DNA of 64,000 nt from Callorhinchus milii (taxonomy: Eukaryota). The position numbers and the translations under genes were made by a program. Of the stretch, positions 26,164-38,958 are shown one piece after another (the first letter of the stretch is position 1; the number at the start of each line of letters is the position of its first letter). The notes under the pieces are model-generated. The model was not told the origin of the DNA, did not search any database, and worked only from the letters and a program-made list of their open reading frames with translations. The stretch spans positions 1-64,000 of the forward strand of contig NW_024704849.1 in assembly GCF_018977255.1 (NCBI RefSeq), in the 5' to 3' direction.

Positions 26164-26420
26164 GGTTTTTGTACAGTGGAGTAGTCTGACAGCAACACTG
26201 TGTGTGTTATGGCAGAATAATGGTTGGTGTTAGATTTGGCGTTAAAAGTTGTGTTGCAAACTCAGCCCAGAAAGTGCCTCCATCATCAACATGTCTCCGC
26301 GTGTACAGATGAGGCTCCCCTGCATACTGACTCTATCAGAACATTAAAACATTGATGAAATCAGCAGAATAGGTGCAGCTCAGGGTCACAATCTGGCCCT
26401 AAGAAACAGACACTTCCATT
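26164..26420 (-). pseudogene. 5'-truncated V pseudogene of the 40.5 kb family with consensus RSS
   Basis: CACAGTG (26196-26202), 23 nt, ACAAAAACC. The V body has deletions and the second Cys codon is altered. Confidence 0.7.
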
Positions 26421-27325
26421 GTGATTTTAAATACATGATTAAGACGAATTCATCTGCTCTGAGCTACATAATAATAATCATTTCATTTGAAGGAGTCAAT
26501 ATGTGTTTTCTGCAGGAGCGCACAACAGTGTCCGACGAACAGTCGTGTATTGAGTGACCAAGCAATTATTATTTAACCTATCAGTGAAAACATCTATAAT
26601 AAACGCAAGGATTAATTAGTAATAATACCAACTTGTTTAATCCAGGGGTTGCTGTCTCGGAGAATGATCGGCCAGTCGACTAACACACGGGTTCGTACTC
26701 ACAGCTAAGAAAGCAGAAGTGTTTGTGGATTGAGGACACTTGCCCAACATTTCTCCCAGTCTGGGATTGGATCCCAGGTCCTCTCGCTTGTGAGGCGAGT
26801 TATCTAACCACTGAGGCACTGGACTCCACTGACAGTAAAATATCATATAAGTGACATATGTTCTTTAATTATTGAGACTTGGTTCATATTATTACATTAC
26901 TGACCGTAATCCTACATAATTTTTAAGCTCCTCTTTCACTCTAAAAGCAAACTGTTGTTTGCGATGATTTTACTACGAAATACAATGAAATTTACATCGT
27001 CATCTCTGAAGCGCTTTTTGACGTCTCAATGAAGTGATACGCCACCACATCAAACACAAGGACGATAGCATTTTATTAGGTTTTTATTACCGTAGTTATG
27101 AACATCTGTAACTCACTAATTATCTAAATTCCGACAAAGGTTTATCACTATCTAATATCTGTTGGTGAAACATAAACAAATATACACCGAATAAAGTTTC
27201 ACATAATTTAAATGACTTGATATGAGCTCAATAAGGTGTAAGGCACGGTGGCAGTTCGGAGATGGTCTGCTACACCGTCTGTCACTGACTGTACTGTGTT
27301 GTTTTCCAGCTTCGGTTGTGATGAG

Positions 27326-27666
27326 GGTTATTGTACGAGGCTTCCTATGATGTGTATCACTGTGGTGCAGACTGAGTGCACAGTGATACATAGCGGAGTC
27401 TGTCAGCCGCAGGTCGGCGATGGTTAAAACGCTGATTTTCTTGGCAGTGTCAAGAGAAACAGAAATATGACCTCCAGTGGGTTTTCCTCCCTCTCCTGAG
27501 GGGTTTCTGTGGAGCAGATATTCCAATGTCTCGCCAGGAGACTGTCGGTACCAGGAGACGCTGAAATTCTGTCCACAGAATCCTGAGTATTGGCAATGTA
27601 AATTTATCCTCTCACCAGCAACAGCAGTTTGTTCAGGCGGTGACTGAGAAACTGTAAAACTTGATG
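27326..27666 (-). CDS. Leaderless supporting TCR Vdelta S3, intact
   Basis: 302-nt exon after a TTCCGCAG acceptor: SSFTVSQSPPEQTAVAGERINLHCQYSGFCGQNFSVSWYRQ...DSAMYHCALSLH. It has a CDR1 Cys. RSS CACAGTG (27358-27364), 23 nt, ACAATAACC. No leader seen upstream. Confidence 0.92.
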
Positions 27667-30106
27667 CTGCGGAATGCAAATTACAGGTTACTTAGAATCA
27701 TGGAATTATGGAAATTTGCAGCACAGAAGGAGGACGTTCGGCCCTTCTTGTCTGTATCGGCTCTTTGAAATGAGCTGTTCAATTGAATCCCACTCCCCCG
27801 CTCTTGTCACAGAACCCTGTATCATTCCTTCTGATGCATTTATCCCATTCCCTTCCGAAATTTATTATCGAATCTGTTTCCGCCATTTTTCAAGCAGTGC
27901 ATTGCAGTCAGTAGCAAATATCATTTGAATTAAATTCTCCTCCTCTCCCCTCTGATGCTTTGACCAATTATCTTAAGCTTGTGTTCCGTGGCTACTGACC
28001 CACTTAAGTAAGTAAACAGTTTCTCATTATCTTCTCCATAACAAAACTCTTACAAGTTTCGACACTGGCATTAGTTCACCAGTAAATATTCGATGCTCTG
28101 AGGAGAACATTTTCAAGCACATTTGCCTTCATACACAGGAATCCACTCTTCACAAAAATTCATTCTGGTAAATTTCCTTTTTTCCCTGTCCAAGGCCTGG
28201 AATTTCTTTATACTAAATGTAAGGATGCTTTTAATAACAATGATAGAAAGAGCAGATTAATACACTAAAATAGGGAGCTCTTGAAAATCAGACACTTTAG
28301 TGCAGACACTTTAGTGCAGACACTATATGGCTATTTCTATGACAACTTTCATGATCTGCAATAAAATGACCATTTTAATTAAACTTTGTTTATCTAAACT
28401 TATACTCGTTTGCTGTGGTGAAGTCCACATTGAGGCCTTGGGTGCCTGTGATCATGGGAATGTTTAGCAGAGAACCAGGTGTCAGTTTGTACCGTTAACT
28501 CAGTGGGTTTACAGTTGAGGCAAATGGAAAGTTTCCCTTCTGTAAATGTCGTTACTTTAAAATCGCTGCTGGAGGAGGTTAAGTCTCTGGCTATTCGCCA
28601 ACATCAGTAGCTCTCCGTACGAGAACAGCTCATTCAGTTCCACTTGTGCCAGAAGCAAAGTGCTGTTTGCCTTTCCCTCTCTTTCTCTCTCTCTTTCTTT
28701 CTGACTTTTTTATATTTTTATCTTTCTGTCGTTTTTTCAATGGAATTTCTTTCTTTCAGGAGTCGACTCAATGCACTTGTGTGTGAATTATGGTGCAATC
28801 TGTGTTTCTCCTTCTTTCTCTCTCTTTCGTTACGACTTGTTTTCTTAGATTTCTTACTCCCACCTTAGCCCCACATAAATCTAACTCTCTCTCTCCTCTC
28901 GGCTGGCCACTGCATCTGTGGTCGCCACCGTGCCTGCTCTATCATTTTGTGCCGAGCCTTCAGGGTTTTTACCCCCACACTGTGGCACACGGTCTAATAA
29001 TCCCTAAGCCTCAAGCCTTCCCTTGTCTCTTTCAAGGGGCTGAATCACCTTACACTCCAACTCACTGGATTGCAACCTCCAAGCTCGGGTGTGCAGCGCA
29101 TTGAGTCTTATATAATTATTTCAAATAAGAATAAGAGTACTGTATTGGTCACCGAAACTATCAGTGTTTGTGGGACACTGCTGTGTGCAATTGTCTCCCG
29201 CTTTTTGCCCAGAAAATACAGTCAATTCACTTCGCAGGATATGCTGTGAGAAGTATGGAGACGTCTCGATTGTGCGATAAGGCTCCACATCAAACGCAAA
29301 GATCATTATTATTAAAGGCCCTGAAAAATTTAACTTGATGTTGCTCCTTTATTTTCCTTTTATTTTTTATCCTTGTATTGATTTTTCCAGTGTCAGCGTA
29401 TGTTCATTCTTTGTACCCCTTTCTTATCCTCTTTGTAACAATCCGTGATATCTCATAGTTCATCTGGTTTCCAGTCTGCTGACCTAATATGCATTTATCT
29501 GTTCGCGATAATGGAATAATCAGTTCTAAGTTAAGTTTAACATCTTTCAAGACATAAAAATGGCTCAAAGCTCTTTACGTGACTATACTATTTTATGTGA
29601 ACTGACGGTGAATGAAGGACACATCAATACACCCCACGCACAGCTTTGTATTTGAGTGTTAGCTCACACTAGAATAGTTGAATATCGCGATATGGCAACT
29701 GCACACATAACCTTTCAACACTGAATTCAGTGCTGGAAACTGTACTGTACAGCCTAAGCCTCGAAAGCACTGCTTGTTGTGAAGTTACAGTTTTTATTAT
29801 TACTTAACGTGACATTAGCAAATGCAAATTATATCCCTGTCTACCAGATTTCAACATATTGAATCATTGGTTATTTATTTGCGTGATTGTGTATAATGAT
29901 ACCAGGTTTCGCTGTTATCAGCGGTGACCTGGAATACTATAGACGTCTGGCACAGTAACCGGAATAGAGACGGTCACACTGAGAGGACTTATTTCCTACA
30001 TCCTGTGGTCAAACATGTCACCTTGGATCTGGCAATGAATCCGAACAATGCATCAGCAAATTCATAGGAATCAGTTTTTAAAAATTTTTTTTGAAATTGT
30101 TCTCAC

Positions 30107-30460
30107 TTACTTTTTTTACAATTATTGAGGTTCCAGTTCCATCTTTAGTTTTCTCTCTTTTTCCCACAGCGCAGCGATTTGCATCAAATCGAGCTCTGCA
30201 GTAATAGGTAGCACCGTCTTGAACTTCCAATTCATTGATTTCTAGAGAAAATGAAGCCGACCCCCTATCTGCTTTTACAACAAATCGACCATCTACTGGG
30301 ATCGACACCAACTGTGTCCCTTTTCCAATCTGTCTGGAAAATTCCATACTCTTGAAAGTCACACCAGATGCGGCTTCAAATACACATTGAATGGATACGG
30401 ATCCGCATTCTTCTCTCGTAAGAGAGGTCGGTGTCTGCTTTACTGAGACACCGGCGCCAT
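30107..30460 (-). CDS. Germline-joined, leaderless NAR V-D-J exon gj1
   Basis: TTTCAG acceptor, then GAGVSVKQTPTSLTREECGSVSIQC...YYCRARFDANRCAVGKREKTKDGTGTSIIVKK with no RSS inside. The GTAAGT donor at 30110 is phase 0 (A7 run); an alternative GTGAGA donor at 30106 is phase 1. Confidence 0.88.
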
Positions 30461-31587
30461 CTGAAATATATACACAACATTTTAAAAATCATTAACTTTC
30501 TCTGCTCCTAACCTAAGTGAATCCCAAGATTGGCTTGAATTTGTTTGATATTTCACATTGTAAATGTGATAGTTAGAGCTTCGGGACGCCCTCCAGGTGA
30601 GAAAGGCACTACGTAAACGCCATTTATAGTTGTTAACTCCAGGATAACAGTACAATTTAAATCTGCACTTTTTGACTGATAATATATTAAAGAGGCACAA
30701 TTCGTAACCTGGTTACTATTCGCTTGCTGCCTTTAGTCCTCTCTTTGTATGTTGGGTAACAAAGGATAAAGTTGTATTTTAATGGGCAAGGCTATGGGGA
30801 TAGGCAGTGATTGTTCTGCTCTTCCAAATTGTCTGAATCACCCCATTTTGTGCTGTAATATTCAATGATTCAATGATTTCATTCTGCTCAACACGGTATC
30901 CGAAATAGGCCAGAAGCCATCACGAAGCTTAACAGTACCGAAACTAAAATAAGGTTCCTGTGCCTTTCTAACAATGTGCCCCTAGAATTTACACTATTCC
31001 TCCCCATGGGAAACATGCTGCAAAGCTTGTCATTGAAAATAATCTCTTGCAAACTATGCCACTGCTAGTCCAGCTTGGAAAAACGTACAAAACATTGCCA
31101 CTTTTCCTTGCAGGGTTAATCGTAGCGGGGTGATAAGAGACTATATCCCCAGTTACTGGACTGCTCTCCCAAATCATGTAACCTTGGAGCCAATTCAGTT
31201 CCGAGGATTTCGCCTTTTTACTCCGCTCGGGTGGATAGAGGCGATTCTGGACAGTATTTCTATCTGGCAGAGGCTACGTGAATTGGTTACGTCCATTAAA
31301 TTGAAATACTTCCTCTGGGCATATTCAGCTGGAAACGATGTCCAGGCAAAGTGGGTGACTTTACATGTCACGGAAATAAAAGCAGGTAATTTGAGAAGCA
31401 AGCTTCACAGTGGAAGCTGGATAATGTTTTCCATATTATAAACATTTTTTTGCTTAAGATTGCTCAAGTGTATTGCTAAAATGGCACAGTGGCATACAAT
31501 TGGGAGCAATGAGTTCGAAAAATGCATTTTACATATTATTGTGAATAAAATTTAATTGCAATTCGATAGCATCTTTTTCTCACTCAC

Positions 31588-31682
31588 ATTTCGTTACAGT
31601 TACTTTGGTTCCTGATCCATCTTCTGTGTATTCATCATAATACCACAGTCACACAGCTCTCGTTCTTCAATGTGCAAAATCT
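31588..31682 (-). other. NAR-TCR J segment J3 with 5' 23-RSS
   Basis: Reads YYDEYTEDGSGTKVTVTK with a phase-1 GTGAGT donor. CACAGTC (31644-31650), 23 nt, GCAAAATCT. Confidence 0.9.
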
Positions 31683-31998
31683 GTTCTTTGAGATCAGGGT
31701 TTAATACTGGCACAAAAGCAAACAAATGCTGACAACTTGGTCATTGATTCCTATCTTTCCACCACCGTCCCATCTTCATATCTTTAATTTGTACAAATCA
31801 TATTTATTTTCAATACTATTTCCAAACAAACACAGACAAAGTGCACAGCCCATGGAATAAAACTTGGCAAATAATTCGATAAAATGTCTGCTTCAAATAA
31901 TTAATTTTGAAAGCAAACTTTGGTCACATTCAACAGCACTAAATAGGCCACAGTTTTCAGTGATAAAGTGCCACATATTTTCATGAAAATAGCTCTGC

Positions 31999-32070
31999 AG
32001 TATTTGTGCTAATGTCATTCAATGTGACCCACCCACAGTACGCACAGTATTTAATGTCCATGCAAAAATC
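31999..32070 (-). other. NAR-TCR D segment D3 (CGTACTGTGGGTGGGT), 12-D-12
   Basis: D is 32027-32042. Heptamers at 32020-32026 and 32043-32049, each with a 12-nt spacer to its nonamer (31999-32007 and 32062-32070). Confidence 0.87.
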
Positions 32071-32383
32071 AATGGATGGAAAAACATTTGAAATGTTTTC
32101 TGCCATTTACCCATGGTCATTCAATGGTGTAACGTGTAAAATTATTTTGTATATTGTCTTTTACACGTTGTCTGTCTCTTCGAATAAACCGTTATTTATA
32201 GGAATCCAAGCAAAGTTCTTACATCAGTAATTACTTACTTTTCTTAAGTGTTCGTAACCAATGGTCGTGTCTCAAAGGCAGTGCTATTAAACATCGTTGT
32301 ACAACACATACTAATGGGGAATGTGCATTGAACTCATTGACAAGTTCAAAATATCTGTGTTTTAACGGCGAGTTGGTGAAGGG

Positions 32384-33158
32384 GCTTTTTGTGTTGTTGG
32401 AAGCCCAGATACAGCATTGTGAATCTTCACCAGTGCTGAAAGGGTGCCAGCAATATCGAGCCTTACAGTAATAGTCAGCGCTGTCTTCAACTTGCAAATT
32501 ATTAATTTCCAGAGAAGAGGACCACGATTTCTTGTCTGTCTTTACAACAAACCGTCCTTCACGAGGGATGGGCTTCCAATCTCTTTCATTTGGAAACCGC
32601 CTATAAAACTCCATACTTTTGAATACGCTTTGATAACTTGCTGAGAAGACACAGTTGATGGTTAAAGACTCGCATTCTTCTCTCCTAAATCGGGGACGGT
32701 GTCTGCGTTACTTTAGCGCTGAAAACATCTGAAAATTATTCACAAAATAACATCAGTTTAACAGATCTTCAAATTTGACAACTTCTATTGCAAATCCATT
32801 GCAATCGTTGGCTTGTTTTCCCTTGATATCAGCAAATATAATATAATCATGATTATGTAATATAATTATGATAATAATTAGTACATATTATTGTTATATA
32901 TAACGAAATTTAAGCAAAATAATTGACTGCCGCGTCTCGCCCACAAAATACAAAGTTATTTCAGTGCACGCACCTTAGTTTGAAGCGACCTGAGACGTCC
33001 CATCCACATCTTAACGCTATACATCAATTACACGGATTGTTTGTATTGTGCAAATATAGTATTGATGACATTCACTGCTGCAGTATAGTGCTGTGTTATG
33101 GAAACAACCACTTACATTGTAAGAAGAGGAAGGAGATGGAGACACAGAGGAGAGACAT
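32384..33158 (-). pseudogene. NAR-TCR V3 (leader + V + RSS) with a +1 frameshift in FR1 (possible artefact)
   Basis: Leader 33158-33116 MSLLCVSISFLFLQ. V exon 32728-32422. An extra base in a C4 run near 32692-32695 creates a TAG. The rest is open through DSADYYCKARYCWHPFSTGED. RSS CACAATG-22-ACAAAAAGC. Confidence 0.82.
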
Positions 33159-33944
33159 CCTCTCACCGCTGGGAGATGCCGTCAGCCCCGTACACCTCAG
33201 AGAGAATATGAGTAACACAGAGCTGTTCTGTAAGAGTGTTGGAGACTTGGATTATTTGTGATGAACAGCGTCACAACATGGCTGGTGTCAGCGGCTTTGA
33301 GGGGTGGGCGGGGTGTGGTTTGGGTGTGGAGGGGAAGAACATACATGAGGAAAGGGATTGATTAACTGTGCCCGAGAGCAATGGGCAGAGAGCGTGAATT
33401 GGGATGACTGTTGGACTCTCATTTAGGTTTAAATGGAGAATTGACGGAGAAGCCAACGAGAGGGAGTATAACCTGACACTGTGAAGGGACAAAGGCTGTG
33501 TGATGTAGAGAGGGAGTATTACTGGGAATTGGAAAGACACATAAATAACCATTACACACCATTGACTTGGAGTTCGCTCTATTACAGTGACCAGCAGCTG
33601 GACGGGGAAGCCGGTAATGCAGCAGTGAGATAGTGAGATATGGGTGATGATGGGTAAGAAGGAGGAGGGAGAAATAGGGGTAAAGGAGTATGGGTTGGGG
33701 TGTTATATATTTCGTGGGATAGATAGGAGTGGTGACAAGGAGATGAAGGGCTGCGGGGGACATGGAGGAGGAAGAGAAGGCAGGGAATATGATGATTACT
33801 TTTCAGCATATCATGTGAGGTGGTTTATAACGACTTAACGTTATGGTAATTCACTTTATGATAATAATAATAATTATTCTCATTATTATTAATTCACTTT
33901 GCTACATACAACCATTATTATTAATGATTTATGTCTCGGACCAT

Positions 33945-33992
33945 CGGGTCTACGTCTGTCTGTCTGTCTGTCTGTCTGTCTGGCTGGCTGGT

Positions 33993-34046
<54 letters not shown>

Positions 34047-34165
34047 GCTCTCTTTATTTAGATCCTTAAGAAATTTTCCTGCTGCACACACCCATCCACA
34101 CACACACAAATATACACATACACAAAACAAACACACACACACATATACACAAACCCAGACACACA
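33945..34165. repeat. (TGTC)n, (TC)n and (CA)n microsatellites
   Basis: Directly visible simple repeats. Confidence 0.95.
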
Positions 34166-34545
34166 CCCTCTGTTTAGCGGTAAGCACAAATCTGCATATT
34201 TTTCGAATGTTGGACCGCTTTGTCTTCAATGTAATAATGATAATAATTTGATTACTTAATTCTCGACTGTGTATAGGAAGCGGCCTATGTTTTCCTTTTC
34301 GCTTAGAAAACTATCATTACCCTTTGCAGCATGTTCGGTGAAAAGTTTTGGGGAGTCTCGTTGACGTGATGAGGCGCTGTGTAAAATGCAATGAATGTTA
34401 TTTTTAATAAGTCCTTTCACGAAGGTCATTGGTTTTGAGCACTGAGATGATTCAGGGGGTGTGAGGAGGGAGCTGATCGCTAGTGGAATTGGAAGCTTGT
34501 GACTATTGTTTGACTTGAACGATGGACTGGGAGGGAAAAGCAGTT

Positions 34546-35429
34546 TGGGACTGTGTGTGAGGGAGAGTAGATATATTAGGTCATGTTGGAGCCCACTTTA
34601 TTCTTATAACCATAATAATCCTTGCATTTGATACTGAACATTATCACGTCCCAAAGCCATTGAAAAATATACTGAAGAGTTGATCTATTTCATGTTGAGG
34701 TGGTAAAACGAATCAGCCAATTGTGCTCATCAGTGGCCCACAAACAGTCGTAGATTGAGTGACAGAATTAATATTTTAGTTATGTAATTATTGACATGTT
34801 TTAAAACGAACATATATATGTTTTATTTTTAAGGGATTATTGCCCTCGGTAAGTTGTCTTCCAAATGAATAACATGTGTGTTCCTATTTATTGTTAAATA
34901 TACAAAGGCGAGTTTGGCTAAAGGAAACTTGCCTGAGGTTTCTCCCCACACGAGAATCGGACTCAGATCATCTCAATTGCGAAACTTTGGGACTGTGGGT
35001 GAGGGAGAGTAGATATATTAGGTCATGTTGGAGCCCGTTTTATTCGTATAACCATAATAATTCTTGCATTTGATACTCAACATTATCACGTCCCAAAGCC
35101 ATTCAAAAATATACTGAAGAGTTGATCTATTTCATGTTGAGGTGGTAAAACGAATCAGCCAATTGTGCTCATCAGTGGCCCACAAACAGTCGTAGATTGA
35201 GTGACCGAATTAATATTTTAGTTATGTAATTATTGCCATGTTTGAAAACAAACATGTAATTGTTTTATTTTAAGGGATTATTGCCGCCGGTAATTTAACC
35301 TCCAAACGAATAACATGAGTGTTCCTATTTACTGGTAAATACACAAAGGCGTGTGTGGCTTAAGGAAAGTTGCCTAAGTTTTCTCGCCACCCGAGAATCG
35401 GACTCAGATCATCTCACTTGCGAAACTTG
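34546..35429. repeat. About 440-bp tandem duplication, 2 copies
   Basis: GGGACTGTG(T/G)GTGAGGGAGAGTAGATATATTAGGTCATG...GGACTCAGATCATCTCA occurs at about 34546-34987 and again at about 34988-35429. Confidence 0.85.
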
Positions 35430-35802
35430 TGTTTTGACCACAAAGTTAAAAGACTCCACATTATTGCACGAATGAGGTATCTTCCTGACGTGAAATCTGC
35501 TGTTTAACAGTCAGTTTTATTTTATTGTTATATGTCGGCACCTATCGGCATTTCAGTAGAATGTCAGTGTGTATTCGTGGTTTGAGTGACCAAATTATTA
35601 CTATTATTTAAAGAACTTATTAACCCCAGAGACCAATCCCTCAATCGACTAACAATCGTGTTCTTATTTACTGCTAAACAAACTGAGGTGTGTGGAGTAA
35701 GGAAAGTTGCCCAATATTTTGCACGGCTGGGAATCAAACACAAGTCTATCGTTTGCGAGGCGAGTGCTCTCAACACTGAGCTGCAAGGCTCCACGTTGGT
35801 TG

Positions 35803-36751
35803 GGTTTTTGTACAGGAATGTCATTGAATTGCAGCACTGTTGCTTCTCTTCTTAAGCCGCAATAATATGTGGCAGCGTCAGTGACAATGACACTGGATAT
35901 GCTTAATGTGGTTTGTCTCTGATTCGTGTGAAGCTGTGAAGTGAAATGGCCTTTGGCGAAATCTGCTGTGTTGTCATTTCTACTAGTATCCCTGTAGAGA
36001 ATGTATTGGGGAGCCAGACCCGGGTGATGTCTGTACCAGTACAGAGCAGCATAGGACGAGCTGGTGGTATATGAGCAGCTCAGACTCACTGTGTCTCCCT
36101 CTTGTTTGCTCAGCCCCGCTGTCTGCTCTCTGACTGAGTCTCCCAACACCACATCTGCAACGAGAGGAAAGGATCAAAATCAAACATAGAGCTATTGCAG
36201 TCCTGTAGTTCAATGGTTTGTGCACTCGCCTCGCAAGCGTTCAGATCAGGGTTCAATTCCCGGGCAGGACAGGGAGAAACCTTAGGCAAGTTTCCTTACT
36301 ACACATAAACGCCTCCGTTTACCAAGCAATAAATCGCAACCCAGTTGTTGGAAGATTGGCGGAAGCTTTTCCTCGGATAATAATGGATAAAAATTTAACG
36401 GGGTCACTCAATCCACCACTTTTTGTGGAAGACTCATGTGCACAAATGGCAGCCGAGTTTCTCTCTCACCATTGCGGTCAGTTGACTTGTCCATGAATAC
36501 TGAGACGCGCTTTGTGACGCCTTTATATGACGGCGTTTTATGAAACATAAAAATTACTATTACTAGCTTTCCATTGCTAACATCTCAACTAACAAACCCA
36601 GCTCGGTTGACCAACCAGGTCTGCCAAACGCAATGACCCATCATCCTGCTGATGAAAACGTCTCTATATCAATATTAATCTGCACTGTATGTTTCACAGC
36701 CTCACCTGACATTAAGCTCAATGTGAGAAGGTATTCGATGAACAGCCGCAT
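35803..36751 (-). pseudogene. Conventional TCR V with intact ORF but mutated heptamer (AACAGTG)
   Basis: Leader 36751-36706 MRLFIEYLLTLSLMS. V exon 36154-35842 ...VSLSCSY...LYWYRH...DAATYYCGLRRE. The first heptamer base is C>A; 23-nt spacer and ACAAAAACC are intact. Confidence 0.8.
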
Positions 36752-37920
36752 TGTCGCTCTTCAGAAAGAATACTTTGCCGTCAGAGTTTGATGATTCAAT
36801 GTGTATGTCGACGGTGAAGGGTTTCAACATTACATCCGTGACCCCACAGCAGCGTATCCTTGACACATTTACACCGTGACATTGTCACGCCGCTAAACAT
36901 GGGCGTTGGGCTACACTCACTTACATGCTGAATGATTTCAGAGCCACCACAAGATGATTTCAAAGCTACTGTGGATAAAAGTTTGGTGAGGAAGGATCAT
37001 ACTAATCCTTGCATTTGATAAAGCGCCTTTGGACATCAATTACAACAATAAACAGCAATAAGTAACATGTTTGATGTTGCTCGGACGTCCTTAGTCGCTG
37101 GACAGTGAATGTGTTTGCACTCGGGATTAGAAGGGGAGAGAAAATGGTGGGTGGAGGAGTGATGGTCACTGAAGACTCGGTTGAGAAGGATGGTCTTCAC
37201 ACGGGCATCGAATGATGCAAAGGGGAACACAAACGTTTTAGTAGTTGTCATAGATCCTCTTCCAACTTTAGATGCAACCACCAAACCTCAGCGACCTCCA
37301 CAAACACTACACTCAATACGCTATGAATACCAAATCTACCAGGACCCTCAATTGGATCTGTCAGGATATAGCTATTCGTTTCGAGTCGTTCCGTGGGATA
37401 TTTAGCACTCACCTGAACAGTCATGGATTGAGTGACCAGCATTGTTTTCGAAGGAATTTTTATCCCCCCGGAAAAGCGATAGACCGATCGATTCACACCC
37501 GGGTTCTTTATCGCTGCGAGATAAACAGCGGTATGTGTTTGGAGTAAGGCAACTTGCCTAAGGTTTCACCAGCCAGAATTGAACCAGGGTCCTCCAGTTT
37601 GTCAGACGACTGCTGTTCCCTCTCCGCCACACGACTCCGTGTAAATTAACAAAAAAAAAAACGGATTGTTTTATTTTATTTGCAAACTGAAGTAAACTAA
37701 CACAACTGGGCCTGTAACGCCTAACTAGTTCACTAACGGTTGTCTGCATTTACCGTGACAGATAATGTTGTGAAGGTTTAGCTGACAAGTTGATGTCAGG
37801 TGAATGTGGTTTCCTTTGAGTCTGGAGACTGAAATGTCTGCTCTCCACTGGGCCTCAAGGCCTGACCAAGTTTCCGCACAAACTTCAACAGACAGATCAT
37901 TCCTATGTAAAAGTGAAGGT

Positions 37921-38958
37921 AGTTTTTGTCCGAGACTTACAGTGCTGTCAATCACTGTGGTGAGACTCAAAGCACAGTGATACACAGCGCTGTCAGACAC
38001 CACCAGCACAGACATAGAGAAACTGGTGGATGAATTGGATTCCCGTAGCTGAGCAGAGAAACGATTTTCAGTTCCTGTTCCTTGGTATTGATTGTCATCC
38101 CCAGAATAGCTCGCAACGAAAAACTCTGGCTGCTTGTCTGGTTAATGTCGGTACAAGTAGAGATGGTAATACCTATCAGTAGTGGAATAAGTACATTGAA
38201 AATTCACAGTTTCTCCTTCTGTCCTAACCATCGAGGCCGCCTTCTCACTAACAGAGGCCCCGTCAGAGTGATCTGTAATAAACATGGAAAAGTACGACAA
38301 TTTATTATTCACCCTTTGCCTGAGTTGTTTTTTCATCGCCTGGGGACGTCCTCCCAACGAGAAAGGCGCTATAGAAACGCGCATTGTGAGTAGTGAAGTA
38401 ACAATAATTTTAAATTTTCATTTTAAATAACATCTGAGGCAGTCATTGATACGCGTCAACGTCCTTCACAGAAGAAATTGTGAAGCGCAGTGCTCTGTAT
38501 TTTTTCCGGGCCAAAAGCGGCAAACAATTATGCATAGCAGGAACCCAAGAAGAGTCGTGGAGGGTGTAAGAAACTACTACTTGAAAAAAATGTAACGTAT
38601 TATTGGCCCTGAAAAAGAGAGGCCCCAAAGCTCTAAAAACATTTGAGTAGAGAAATGATTTTAATTTGGAAGGTTTGTACTCCCAGGTTTATAAAGCGGA
38701 GGAGTTCCAAATGACTGATTGATAAACACAGGCGTTTCTGTGGAGTAAGGAACCCTCCAAATATTTGCATTCTGCCCAGGAATCGAAGCAATGTCCACTC
38801 GCTTGAGAGCCGAGTGCACTAAACACAGAGCTATAGGTTTAACCCCACCAGTAGTTGTTGAAATGAAGCCGACCATCAGCAGCAACACTGAATTAGCTCA
38901 ACAGGGCCTCACCTGACATAAAGGTTCCCAGCACAAGGCAGACAGCAAACAGCCTCAT
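37921..38958 (-). pseudogene. Conventional TCR V, paralog of the 22.7 kb gene, premature stop
   Basis: Leader 38958-38913. V exon 38272-37960 has TAA after LYLYRH. RSS CACAGTG-23-ACAAAAACT. Confidence 0.88.

Noticed and set aside
30107-30460. Joined exons as processed retrocopies
   Set aside because: They retain the intronic acceptor before V and the donor after J, with no fused leader or poly-A.
37036-37547. Paired ORFs repeated at 22.0-22.3 kb and 37.0-37.5 kb
   Set aside because: They lie in duplicated, repeat-derived intergenic sequence with no recognisable domain or splice structure.
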